Virus record (IMG/VR): IMGVR_UViG_3300012346_000232
Coordinates: 1 to 36,710 of that record
From: a virus
Lineage: Duplodnaviria > Caudoviricetes
DNA: 36,710 bases
Strand: one strand, 5' to 3'
In this document: positions 17,914 through 27,627 of the stretch, one piece after another
How the letters are laid out: every line of letters starts with the position of its first letter
How positions within the stretch are numbered: the stretch's first letter is position 1
The notes under the pieces: model-generated
What the model was told of the DNA's origin: nothing
What the model saw: only the letters and a program-made list of their open reading frames with translations
Database searches by the model: none
Program-made: the position numbers and the translations under genes

Positions 17914-19305
17914 ATGGCTGGTACATTACAGGCTGGTGGGGTATTTTTACAACCATCTGCATCAAAGGCAACATTGCCTACAAACTACATCACTGATTTC
18001 GATTTCTTGAATCAGTACTTACCTGATACTTACGAAAAAGAATTCGAAAAGTACGGTAATCGCTCAATCAACTCTTTCTTACGTCAAGTAAGTGCTGAGT
18101 TACCATCTACATCAGATTTGATCAAATGGGAAGAGCAAGGACGTTTACATACTAAATATGTATCTGTTACTACAGCTGCTATCGCAGGAGCTGACACTGC
18201 TACTTGGACTGTTGCTGACGCTGGTATTACAGCTTGTAACTTCCGAGTTGGACAAACTGTATTCTTATCAGCTAACGCTGGTACTGCATCTGACAAAGCT
18301 ATCATTACAGCTGTATCAGGATTGACATTTACTGTAGCTTACTACGCTGCTGGAGGTCAAACTATCGCTGCTGCTGCTACATCAACTGCATTCGTTTACG
18401 GTTCTGAGTTCAAAAAAGGGTCAAATGGAATGAACGGGTCTTTAGAGGCTGATCCATCAATCCGTGAGGTATCTCCAATCATCATCAAAGATAAGTACGA
18501 AGTATCAGGTTCTGATATGGCACAAATCGGATGGGTTGAGGTAACTACAGAGAATGGTGCTTCTGGATTCTTGTGGTATTTGAAATCTGAGCACGAAACT
18601 CGTTTACGTTACGATGATTACTTAGAGATGGCAATGATTGAAGGTGTTCCTGCTGAGACAGGTTCAGGTGCAATCGCTGTAGCTGGTGACGCTGGTAACA
18701 AAGGTACTGAAGGTTTGTTCGAAGCAATCAATACTAAAGGTAACGTTTGGTCTGGTGGTAATCCAACTGCATTGACTGACTGGGATACAATCATCCAACG
18801 TTTGGACAAACAAGGTTCAATCCAAGAGAATGTATTGTTCGTTAACCGTCAATTCTCTTTTGACATCGACGATATGTTAGCTGCTCAAAACTCTTACGGT
18901 GTAAACGGTACTTCTTACGGTTTATTCGATAACGATGAGAACATGGCATTGAACTTAGGATTCAAAGGATTCAAACGTGGATACGAGTTCTACAAAACTG
19001 ACTGGAAATACTTAAACGACGCTACATTACGTGGTGGTATCACAGGTGGTGCTGTAAACGGTGTATTAGTTCCTGCTGGAACAATGACTGTTTATGATCA
19101 AGTATTAGGTCAAAACGCTAAACGTCCGTTCTTACACGTTCGTTACCGTGCTTCTGAAACAGAAAACCGTCGTTACAAAACTTGGATGACAGGTTCAGCT
19201 GGTGGTGCACAAACTAGCGATTTGGATGCTATGCAAGTTAACTTCTTGTCAGAGCGTGCTCTTTGTACAATGGGTGCTAATAACTACGTTATTTTCAACG
19301 CATAA
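17914..19305 (+). CDS. Major capsid protein
   Basis: 463 aa with strong high-expression codon bias (GGT, GCT, TTC, AAC). IKWEEQGRLH, FVYGSEFKKG, SGSD and GTEGLF motifs. Followed by a terminator. Confidence 0.88.
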   Translation: MAGTLQAGGVFLQPSASKATLPTNYITDFDFLNQYLPDTYEKEFEKYGNRSINSFLRQVSAELPSTSDLIKWEEQGRLHTKYVSVTTAAIAGADTATWTVADAGITACNFRVGQTVFLSANAGTASDKAIITAVSGLTFTVAYYAAGGQTIAAAATSTAFVYGSEFKKGSNGMNGSLEADPSIREVSPIIIKDKYEVSGSDMAQIGWVEVTTENGASGFLWYLKSEHETRLRYDDYLEMAMIEGVPAETGSGAIAVAGDAGNKGTEGLFEAINTKGNVWSGGNPTALTDWDTIIQRLDKQGSIQENVLFVNRQFSFDIDDMLAAQNSYGVNGTSYGLFDNDENMALNLGFKGFKRGYEFYKTDWKYLNDATLRGGITGGAVNGVLVPAGTMTVYDQVLGQNAKRPFLHVRYRASETENRRYKTWMTGSAGGAQTSDLDAMQVNFLSERALCTMGANNYVIFNA

Positions 19306-19315
19306 CATAAAAACT

Positions 19316-19345
19316 AGAGAGGGGCTTAAGTGTCCCTCTCTTTTT
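19316..19345 (+). terminator. Intrinsic terminator after the major capsid gene
   Basis: AGAGAGGGGC-ttaagt-GTCCCTCTCT followed by TTTT. Confidence 0.85.
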
Positions 19346-19379
19346 ATTAAATTTTATTTTTTTTAAAAACAAGTAAAAC

Positions 19380-19547
19380 ATGAAAACAACTAAAAAACCT
19401 GTTGCAAAGTCTGCTCCTAAAAAAGCTACTTCTTATGCTGATGCTAAAGTTGCTGCTAAGGTTGCTTCTACTTATCCTAATGCTGCTGCTTACGCTGCTG
19501 CTAATAAGCCTGTCGCTAAAAAGTCTGCTCCTAAAAAAATGCGTTAA
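19380..19547 (+). CDS. 55-aa Lys/Ala/Pro-rich histone-H1-like microprotein
   Basis: MKTTKKPVAKSAPKKATSYADAKVAAKVASTYPNAAAYAAANKPVAKKSAPKKMR*. Almost all Ala codons are GCT and the leader is A-rich. Not in the ORF track. Confidence 0.8.
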   Translation: MKTTKKPVAKSAPKKATSYADAKVAAKVASTYPNAAAYAAANKPVAKKSAPKKMR

Positions 19548-19580
19548 TACTAAGGTTTTTAATTAAACTATTAATAACAA

Positions 19581-19608
19581 AATCCCTTGGCAACAGGGGA
19601 TTAATTTT
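19581..19608 (+). terminator. GNRA-capped hairpin, probable weak terminator or processing signal
   Basis: AATCCCTTG-GCAA-CAGGGGATT followed by AATTTT. Confidence 0.6.
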
Positions 19609-19620
19609 AAATCATATCAA

Positions 19621-20358
19621 ATGAAAACAAAAAAGTCAGAGACAATCTATGTCTTAAAAGGTGATGCAAAGCCAATGAGCTTTATCTTAGCATCAAGAGA
19701 TACAACAAGAACGCGTTTAATCGCAAAAGACGAAAAAGGTAAATACCGAGCTATTCGTTACGCAAGAAATCATGAGTCACCATTCGTTGATGAGCAAGAG
19801 GGAGAGGTTATCCTTGAGCCAATTGAATTCAAAGATGGCGTATTAATTGTTAATGAATCTGAAATTGGTTTAAAAAGTTTTATGGATATTCACCCAGCAA
19901 ATGGAGAGAAGTTCATGGAATTAAACCACGAGAAAATTGCTGAAGAAGAAGTTGACATGTTGAAAGTTGCTACAGACGCGCTAGTTAAAACAAGAGATAG
20001 CGATATCAATGTTTTAGAATCAGTTGCTCGTGTATTGATTGGAAACAAAGTCGACAACATGACAAGTAATGAGATCCGTCGTGATATGATGAAATATGCG
20101 CAACGCGACCCAATGTCAGTATTGGACTTATTTGATGATCCATCTTTAGAGAAGCAAAACTTAGCTCGTAGAGCAATCTCTGCTGGTTGGTTATCATTGA
20201 GAAACGGTGGTAAAGAAATTTACAACAACTTCCCTGAGAATAGAAAACGATTAATGGTCGTTCCTATGGATATGGATGCTTACACTGCTTTAGAGTCGTA
20301 CCTTGAATCAAATGAAGGAAAAGACCTTTATGTTCAGTTGACTAAAGTGTTAGAGTAA
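19621..20358 (+). CDS. Capsid-module hypothetical protein
   Basis: 245 aa downstream of the capsid gene. IRYARNHESPFVDEQ motif. Function not inferable. Confidence 0.7.
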   Translation: MKTKKSETIYVLKGDAKPMSFILASRDTTRTRLIAKDEKGKYRAIRYARNHESPFVDEQEGEVILEPIEFKDGVLIVNESEIGLKSFMDIHPANGEKFMELNHEKIAEEEVDMLKVATDALVKTRDSDINVLESVARVLIGNKVDNMTSNEIRRDMMKYAQRDPMSVLDLFDDPSLEKQNLARRAISAGWLSLRNGGKEIYNNFPENRKRLMVVPMDMDAYTALESYLESNEGKDLYVQLTKVLE

Positions 20359-20378
20359 CATATTTTTATATAACTTTG

Positions 20379-20409
20379 AAAGCCCGTGATTTAGTTCATG
20401 GGCTTTTTT
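20379..20409 (+). terminator. Intrinsic terminator
   Basis: AAAGCCCGTGA-tttagt-TCATGGGCTTT followed by TTT. Confidence 0.8.
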
Positions 20410-20422
20410 ACTTTTTTTGTTT

Positions 20423-20430
20423 TATCTTTG
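20423..20430 (+). promoter_or_regulatory. Bacteroidota -7 promoter element (TATCTTTG)
   Basis: After the terminator, 4 nt before ATG 20435. Confidence 0.7.
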
Positions 20431-20434
20431 TATT

Positions 20435-21130
20435 ATGATTAATAGTGTAAGAAATACCGTACTTGACATAATCAATAAGGACAACAATGGATACATAACT
20501 CCAGATGAGTTCAATAATTATGCAATTCAGGCGCAACGTGAGATATTCGAAGAGTACTTCACTAGCTACGCCATGGCTGTTCAAAAGACCAATGCGAGGA
20601 TATATGGTAGTGAATATGCTGATATTAAAAAACGATTAGAAGCTGTAATTGATATCTTCAATGTTCCTGCTGCACCGCTTACGTATAATTCTGGTACAGG
20701 TACATTTCCTGCTCCAACTGATTTATATAAAATGGAGCGTTTGACATACAACGGAAGTGTTGAGATTGAGAAGGTTACGCATGGTAAGATTCTATATTTA
20801 CTTGGATCTCCATTAACCGCTCCGTCTGTTTTATATCCAGCTTACACGTTGAGTTCAACTGACTTAACTGTGTATCCTTCAACTATCACTACGTTAGTTA
20901 CAGCAAATTACTTACGATACCCTGTTGATCCGAAGTGGACATATGTAACGGTTAATGACTCTCCTTTATTCAATCCAGCAGCAATTGACTACCAAGACTT
21001 TGAATTGCCGTTGAGTGATGAGATGAACTTGATCATAAGAATATTACAGTTAGCTGGGGTTTCAATCAGAGAGAATGAAGTTGTGCAGATGGCTAAAGCA
21101 GAAGAAATACAAGATAAGCAAGAACAATAA
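20435..21130 (+). CDS. Tail ring/head-tail adaptor protein
   Basis: ITPDEFNNYAIQAQ...YLRYP...FELP...IIRIL pattern of podovirus ring proteins. Start ATG 20435. Confidence 0.65.
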   Translation: MINSVRNTVLDIINKDNNGYITPDEFNNYAIQAQREIFEEYFTSYAMAVQKTNARIYGSEYADIKKRLEAVIDIFNVPAAPLTYNSGTGTFPAPTDLYKMERLTYNGSVEIEKVTHGKILYLLGSPLTAPSVLYPAYTLSSTDLTVYPSTITTLVTANYLRYPVDPKWTYVTVNDSPLFNPAAIDYQDFELPLSDEMNLIIRILQLAGVSIRENEVVQMAKAEEIQDKQEQ

Positions 21131-22047
21131 TGGGATATATTACAGATTTTCAGTACTACCAAAATGGAGGTAACATTCCTACCAATGTAAATTGGGGTTC
21201 GTATCAATACGTATCACTAAAGGATATTGTTACAAATTTTGAGTTGATGTACGTTGGTAACGATAAGCTTATCAACAACGTGGACAGATATAACATCTTG
21301 TTTCATGCAAAGAGAGCTATTCAGGAGTTGAATTACGATGCGTTACGTAACATTAAGATTCTTGAGTTAACTATCAATGATACACTTCAAATGATTCTTC
21401 CTCCTGACTATGTGAACTATGTTCGTATTAGTTATGAGAGAGGTGGAGTGCTATTCCCAATGATTGAAAACAAACAAACGAACTACTCTAACTCTTACTT
21501 GCAAGATAACAACCTTGATATCGTATTTGATATTAATGGTAATGTTATTGAGACTGCATCTAAGTTAGATATGGAACGATTGGAAGGTCATACTCAACGA
21601 ATTTATGTTGGAGACGGCAAGTACAATGGTCAGTACGGTTGGTTTGTTGATGGAGATTGGTATTTTACTAGACAAGTAGGTGGAATATTCGGAGCTGATC
21701 CTGAGACATCTAATGGTAATGTTACATTCAGAATAGACAATAAAAGTGGAGTAATTAACTTCAGTTCAGTAATACCAGATGAAAACGTAGTTCTTGAGTA
21801 CATATCAGATGGTATGGAAAAAGGAGACGATGGAGAGATTTCTATAAATAAATTAGCTGAGGATGCTGTTTACGCGTACATGAAATGGGCTATACTTGAC
21901 AATAAGTTCGGTGTCCAAGAGTACGTTGTAAGTAGAGCGCGTAAAGAAAAGACAGCTAAGTTGCGTAATGCTAAGATACGTCTAAGCAACATGCATCCAT
22001 CACGTCTATTGATGGTATTAAGAAATCAATCTAAATGGATTAAATAA
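21130..22047 (+). CDS. Second tail ring/tubular protein
   Basis: LFHAKRAIQELNYD, LPPDYVNYVRIS and LEYISDG motifs. Coupled to its neighbours. Confidence 0.65.
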   Translation: MGYITDFQYYQNGGNIPTNVNWGSYQYVSLKDIVTNFELMYVGNDKLINNVDRYNILFHAKRAIQELNYDALRNIKILELTINDTLQMILPPDYVNYVRISYERGGVLFPMIENKQTNYSNSYLQDNNLDIVFDINGNVIETASKLDMERLEGHTQRIYVGDGKYNGQYGWFVDGDWYFTRQVGGIFGADPETSNGNVTFRIDNKSGVINFSSVIPDENVVLEYISDGMEKGDDGEISINKLAEDAVYAYMKWAILDNKFGVQEYVVSRARKEKTAKLRNAKIRLSNMHPSRLLMVLRNQSKWIK

Positions 22048-25000
22048 TGGAAGTTTCAAGAAATTTCACCGCTGGGGTGATGAATAAAGATTATGATGAA
22101 CGTGTAATACCTAACGGTCAGTACGTTGATGCATTAAATATTATTCCAGGGTCTTCTAAAGACTCAGACGTAGGTTCGGTTCAAAATATATTAGGTAATA
22201 CCAAAATTGGTAATACTGCTTCTGTATTGGGATTTCCATCTGGACTTACAAACGCAAGAACAATTGGAGCTATTGACGCTGAGGATATCGATTGTATTTA
22301 TTGGTTGTTATCATCAGACGAGTGTGATGCAATACTTGAGCTGAATACAATCAATGGAGTTGTATCAAGAATTTTACAGTCAAATAGAATAAGTGGATCA
22401 ACTCAACTTGGGTTTGATTTAACTTATATTGTGACGGGAATAAACATCATAAATGGACTATTGTTCTTTACTGATGGATTAAACCCTCCTAGAAGAATAA
22501 ATATATCTCGCGCAAGAACTTATGCCGTAAATGATCCAAGAATAGATATCGATATTAATGTTATTTTACGACCGCCACTTAACGCTCCATACATCGCTAT
22601 GGGTAATGACGGTACTCAATCTAACAATATGTCAGATAAATTCTTGTACTTCGCTTACAGATTCAAGTACATTGATAATGAGTACAGTTCAATCAGTCCA
22701 TTTTCACCTGCTGCATTTGCTCCAGGTAATTACAATGTAGATCCACAAGTAGGATACAATGTATCAATGCAAAATAAGTATAACTACGTAGATGTTTCAT
22801 TCGAGACTGGAAATCAATTTGTAACAGAAGTTCAGTTGATTATGCTGGACTCAAGAAGTAAAAACATATTTATTGTTGGAAGTTTTAATAAGCAAGAGTT
22901 AAATATTGCAAATGAAACTTCATATACATTCAATAAATTTAGCAACAATAAAACTTACTCTACACTGCCGTCAGATCAAATAGGTAGACTATTCGATAAT
23001 GTGCCACTTACGGCTAAAGCTCAGGACATTGTAGGTAGTCGATTGATGTTTGGTAACTATACTGAATTTTATGACGTTACAGACGCTAGTTTTAAACTAG
23101 ATGTTGTTTCTAATGTTGATGGTATATTCCCTACCGTTACTAATCCATTGAATACTTTACGATCAAATAGAGATTACGAGATTGGTATTGTGTATACGGA
23201 TGAGTATGGAAGAATGTCGACTGTTATGGACACTCCTAATAATACGATATTTATACCTCCAACAAATTCAGCTACAGCTAATGGGATTAAGGTTACTATT
23301 AAAAGCCCTGCTCCTGTTTGGGCTACGAATTGGCGTTTGGTTATTAAGCAATCTAAAGATAACTATTACAACTTATTTCCAATACTATTCTACAAAGATG
23401 GTAACTACCGTTACTTCTTAATAAATGAGTCAGATAGAGATAAAGTTTCTGTGGGAGAATATATTACATTCAAGGCTGATGCGAATGGAATTACAAACAA
23501 CAATAAACAATACAAAGTATTAGAGATTGCGTTGAAAGAAGCTAACTTTATTTCATCTACAACAATTAGCGAATACGCTGGGCTGTACTTGAAAATTAAA
23601 GTTGATAACGCTGGTGAGTTTGATCCTAATTCATTATACAACTACACCTCTATTGGAGATGGTGTGAATAGTACTAATGGAACTGGCGGAACTCCAGAAA
23701 TAGCGTCAGATCCAGTGAATATTTCCTTTAATTGTGCTGATAATCCTATATTTTATGGTTCTGGTAATGGTTCTGTTTTAAGTGTATCAAATAATAATCA
23801 ATACTTAGGAGTTGTTGATGCTAGATATACAATTGAGATAGACTCTCCAACAACATTCAGATATACTACAAATATTGATGGTACAGGTCCTTTTATTCAG
23901 CAAAATGTTCCAATTGTTGCTAATACAAATATACCTATATTAAATAGTGCAGGAAATAGTACAACCTATAATATAAGATTTTCAACATCTACTGGATTTA
24001 TAGTTGGTGATAAGTGGAAGGTAAGTTGTAGAGGACCTATTTATTCGGGTCAAGGACCAATTCCATCTAATAATTATTTTGGGGGAATAGGTCTATCTAA
24101 AATGCTTTCAATTAACAATGGAGCAGTTGGTGGATACGCAATTATCCCTGGGGCTTCCTGGTCTCCAAGTCAGACTGCTGACATTGATAGACCTATTAAT
24201 ATTGGAGCTATTATAATACTTCAGATAATTGAGGATAGATATAATTCAAACGCGTATATACAGCAGCAACAATTTCCTCCTTCAGATAGAACGTATGCAA
24301 ATATTGAAGAATGGTTTGTAGAATCTGGAGCATATCAAATATTCATACAGCATGATTCAAACGGTAATAATGTTGGATCAAAACGAGTTTCATTTAGAAG
24401 AGGATCTTACTACGAAATAAACTATGGTGGTGGCGGCGGTAACGATCCGTCTAACTCTGTTTGGCAAGGATTGTCAGCTGATGCAACAACAATGGCTTAT
24501 CCAGTTAGAATGTTTATAGCTGGATATGGTTATAGCAATGATAATGATGAACAAAATCACATCCAAGTAGCATTTAAGATACAACAACAAGATGCCCCTA
24601 CAATTATGGAAACTATACCTAAGCAAAATGACTTAGAGATATTCCATGAATTAACTAGAACATACAAAGTTGATGGAGGAAATCACAGAGTGAAATGGGA
24701 TTATGAAGATTATACTTACTTCACTTCATCTAGTCCTATTTTAAATGGTAAGACTGCATTAAAACAACTAACTCCATCTTATCCTCATGACTTTGAGATA
24801 GGAGAAACAGTTTATGTTACTACATCTGTACCCGCATTGAATGGAGCCTTAACCGTTATTGGTGTACCAGATATGTACACAATAGTTGTTGATGTTTTAT
24901 TCCCAGGATCAGGTCCTGTAACTCCAGGTGAAGTTGCTCACAATTCAATTGACACAAACCAATTGAACACGACTACTAATCCTGCTGTAGTTATAATTAA

Positions 25001-26018
25001 TAATCCTAAGAATAAGAATAGCAATTACAATGCATATACTTGGGGTAACGGTCAGGAGTCAAACAGAATTAAGGACGACTTCAACCAATCAACTTTAGAA
25101 TATTCTCCTAGAGCTACTTCAGTTATTGAAGATTACGAGGAGAGACATAATAAAGAGGCGCTTACTTATAGTGGCGTTTACAGAGAAACTACATCTATCA
25201 ACAGATTAAATGAATTTAATTTGAGTGTAGCTAACTTTAAATACCTTGACAAGTCATTCGGTTCAATTCAGCTTATTTACGCTCGTGACACTGATTTACT
25301 TACGTTCCAAGAGAATAAAGTAAGTTCTGTTCTGTTTGGTAAAAACTTAATATCCGATGCTGTTGGTGGTGGATCAGTTGTAACTGTTCCAGAAGTACTA
25401 GGAACTCAGATTGCATATCCTTACGAGTATGGTATATCAAATAATCCTGAGAGTTTTTCTACTTGGGGTGATGATATATTCTTCACTGACGCATATCGCG
25501 GTGTAGTTTTACAACTTAATGGAAACCAAATAACTGAAGCTTCAGCACTTGGTATGGAGTTTTACTTCAAGAATTTGTTTATCACAAACTTAAATACTCA
25601 GAAGATTGGTATGTACGATCCATACAACAAAGTGTATATCTTGACAGTAAATGATGATTCAGTTCTACCTTGTAAGATTAAAATAGACCCGAACACTAAG
25701 ACTATTTCCAAAGTAGCTGCAACTAACTTAAATTTATTTTACTTGTCGGCTACACTAGGATGGGCTCTTCAATTAGTGGACATAGGATTCGGTACATCAT
25801 GGTTAACGTTAAACCAAACAAGTGGATTTGGAGACAGACAAATTAGAGGAACTGTAGCTGAAAATACTACTGGAGTTTCAAGGCAAATAGGAGTAAATGT
25901 TATCGCTTGTGGTACAACATATAGTTTTACATTGACACAAACGAACGGTAAGGTTATAGACATATTGAATGTAATTTATAATAATGTAGGAGACGATGCG
26001 ATTATCAGAAAGCTATAA
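22047..26018 (+). CDS. Tail stabilisation/muzzle protein (P22 gp10-like), N-terminal part, ending in a BACON-like domain
   Basis: GVMNKDYDER..PNGQYVDALN, LFFTDGLNPPRRINI, FAYRFKY, DNVP..AKAQ....RLMFGNY and YGISNNPESF motifs. C-terminal SWLTLNQTSG...TVAENTTGVSR...FTLTQ. Confidence 0.75.
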   Translation: MEVSRNFTAGVMNKDYDERVIPNGQYVDALNIIPGSSKDSDVGSVQNILGNTKIGNTASVLGFPSGLTNARTIGAIDAEDIDCIYWLLSSDECDAILELNTINGVVSRILQSNRISGSTQLGFDLTYIVTGINIINGLLFFTDGLNPPRRINISRARTYAVNDPRIDIDINVILRPPLNAPYIAMGNDGTQSNNMSDKFLYFAYRFKYIDNEYSSISPFSPAAFAPGNYNVDPQVGYNVSMQNKYNYVDVSFETGNQFVTEVQLIMLDSRSKNIFIVGSFNKQELNIANETSYTFNKFSNNKTYSTLPSDQIGRLFDNVPLTAKAQDIVGSRLMFGNYTEFYDVTDASFKLDVVSNVDGIFPTVTNPLNTLRSNRDYEIGIVYTDEYGRMSTVMDTPNNTIFIPPTNSATANGIKVTIKSPAPVWATNWRLVIKQSKDNYYNLFPILFYKDGNYRYFLINESDRDKVSVGEYITFKADANGITNNNKQYKVLEIALKEANFISSTTISEYAGLYLKIKVDNAGEFDPNSLYNYTSIGDGVNSTNGTGGTPEIASDPVNISFNCADNPIFYGSGNGSVLSVSNNNQYLGVVDARYTIEIDSPTTFRYTTNIDGTGPFIQQNVPIVANTNIPILNSAGNSTTYNIRFSTSTGFIVGDKWKVSCRGPIYSGQGPIPSNNYFGGIGLSKMLSINNGAVGGYAIIPGASWSPSQTADIDRPINIGAIIILQIIEDRYNSNAYIQQQQFPPSDRTYANIEEWFVESGAYQIFIQHDSNGNNVGSKRVSFRRGSYYEINYGGGGGNDPSNSVWQGLSADATTMAYPVRMFIAGYGYSNDNDEQNHIQVAFKIQQQDAPTIMETIPKQNDLEIFHELTRTYKVDGGNHRVKWDYEDYTYFTSSSPILNGKTALKQLTPSYPHDFEIGETVYVTTSVPALNGALTVIGVPDMYTIVVDVLFPGSGPVTPGEVAHNSIDTNQLNTTTNPAVVIINNPKNKNSNYNAYTWGNGQESNRIKDDFNQSTLEYSPRATSVIEDYEERHNKEALTYSGVYRETTSINRLNEFNLSVANFKYLDKSFGSIQLIYARDTDLLTFQENKVSSVLFGKNLISDAVGGGSVVTVPEVLGTQIAYPYEYGISNNPESFSTWGDDIFFTDAYRGVVLQLNGNQITEASALGMEFYFKNLFITNLNTQKIGMYDPYNKVYILTVNDDSVLPCKIKIDPNTKTISKVAATNLNLFYLSATLGWALQLVDIGFGTSWLTLNQTSGFGDRQIRGTVAENTTGVSRQIGVNVIACGTTYSFTLTQTNGKVIDILNVIYNNVGDDAIIRKL

Positions 26019-27627
26019 GTACGGAAGTAGCGTAGAATATACGTTCACGGCAGAAAGAAACGACAATGGAGTTACTTTATATGAGTCTAATATTGGTGTT
26101 GGAGGTAGTGATATCTATCCAGCTGTAGGAGATACAGTTACAGTATATGCTGATGGACTAGATGTTAACTTAAATAATAAGTGTTACTACTTGGTATCTA
26201 ACACAGTTGGATTAAACAGAGAGCAAATAATAGACCAGGGGACTGAGATATCGTTGAGTGTTATTGGAGATAGACTCCAAGGTACTTTTGTTTACAACAA
26301 TCCAAATGACTTCATAGCACTTTATATTGTGTTTGATTTTACTAATATAGTTGATCTTGGAGATACAATATCTTACGGATCTTCAGCTATTGAAAACAAG
26401 GTAATTAATATTCCACTTACAGAGTCGGTAGGAAATGTTAATGTAGCTTACTCAATTAGCGGAGCTGGAGGTAGAGTTGTGTTATTTTACAATGGTGAAA
26501 TAGTAGATGACTCAGGAGTATCAGTAGGATCAACTTCAGGTAACTTGAAGTTTTTTAAATACTCTGGAGAGTTAAATGAAGCTAAACTTGTGTTCTCTAA
26601 CACAACTGCATTAGCAATGACTTTTACATCTACACCAACGTTCCCAGGGCTCACTAGATTTTACATTTGTGATGATGATGGTACGTTAAGTAACGTAGGA
26701 TCGCAAATCGCGATTAACAATAACGTATGGCATAATGGATCAGCGTCAATTCCACAAGCTGGAGATATTGTATTTACGAATGCAAACGGTACTGCACTAT
26801 ATGATGGAGCTAATTCGTATCATGTAGTAAGCCCAACACTCATGGCTGTGCCTAGCCCGACTGCAATTTACGTTCAGTTGGATACAGAAGGAAATGTAAT
26901 TAATAGAGATACAGTAGCATGTACTGAAACGCTTGTACCTGTAATTACGCAAGGTGATATTACATTAGTTCAGAATCAAGCTGTAAATATAGAATTTGAA
27001 GCTGAAAACAATCCGACATCTTGGAGCATTGTAACTCTATTTAATGAGTACTTGCTGAGTGGAAATGAAAAGGGAGCTATATTCACGTATACTGACGTTA
27101 ATGGAGACGCTCAAAGAGTTACTGTAAGCGCGTTAGAAACGCAAACAGTATATGGAGCAGCGCTTCCTGTTTTAGTTACAGGAACAGGATCTATTGAGTT
27201 AGTAGGCTTATATCAACAGGCAGGTCTTCCTAACGGAATAACATTTAGTAATGGAGTTCTTAGCGGTCAGACTCAATCTACAGGAACTTGGTCGTTAACT
27301 GTTATTGCGGCTAACTGCGTAGGTGACTCATTGGAGGTTACTATTGATATTGCTGTTGAGTCTCAAGTTAATATGACTCCATTTGCAATTGACGTCAATG
27401 ACTTTATGGAGACTGGAGCTTTAGCTTGTTCATTAACACCGCGTTACGATTTGTTATATCACAATAGTAAGACATCGTTAATTCCTGAGTTAAATGATGT
27501 TATCTTTGTAGATATGAAAGGAACTACTGTATTTAACGGTGGAAAACTTTGGTATAATATTGATGCATCTACTTATTCAGTACAAGTAGACGAATACGGA
27601 ACAGTAATAGCAACTCACACATGTTAG
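25996..27627 (+). CDS. Ig-like (He_PIG-type) domain virion protein with a duplicated ~80-aa module
   Basis: GLPNGITFSNGVLSG...GTWSLTVIAAN. Two copies of HN..SxIP..xD.xF....GT..xxG...xQxD..G.VI. Confidence 0.6.
   Translation: MRLSESYKYGSSVEYTFTAERNDNGVTLYESNIGVGGSDIYPAVGDTVTVYADGLDVNLNNKCYYLVSNTVGLNREQIIDQGTEISLSVIGDRLQGTFVYNNPNDFIALYIVFDFTNIVDLGDTISYGSSAIENKVINIPLTESVGNVNVAYSISGAGGRVVLFYNGEIVDDSGVSVGSTSGNLKFFKYSGELNEAKLVFSNTTALAMTFTSTPTFPGLTRFYICDDDGTLSNVGSQIAINNNVWHNGSASIPQAGDIVFTNANGTALYDGANSYHVVSPTLMAVPSPTAIYVQLDTEGNVINRDTVACTETLVPVITQGDITLVQNQAVNIEFEAENNPTSWSIVTLFNEYLLSGNEKGAIFTYTDVNGDAQRVTVSALETQTVYGAALPVLVTGTGSIELVGLYQQAGLPNGITFSNGVLSGQTQSTGTWSLTVIAANCVGDSLEVTIDIAVESQVNMTPFAIDVNDFMETGALACSLTPRYDLLYHNSKTSLIPELNDVIFVDMKGTTVFNGGKLWYNIDASTYSVQVDEYGTVIATHTC

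Noticed and set aside
11784-19305. Introns or inteins in terminase, portal or capsid genes, and tRNA genes
   Set aside because: The ORFs are continuous and of expected size, no splicing motifs were seen, and no intergenic gap shows a cloverleaf.
1964-20434. Longer starts given by the track (2578, 2420, 3311, 6730, 7083, 10440, 11691, 20417)
   Set aside because: They overlap neighbouring genes, terminators or promoter elements. Downstream ATGs fit translational coupling and promoter spacing better.
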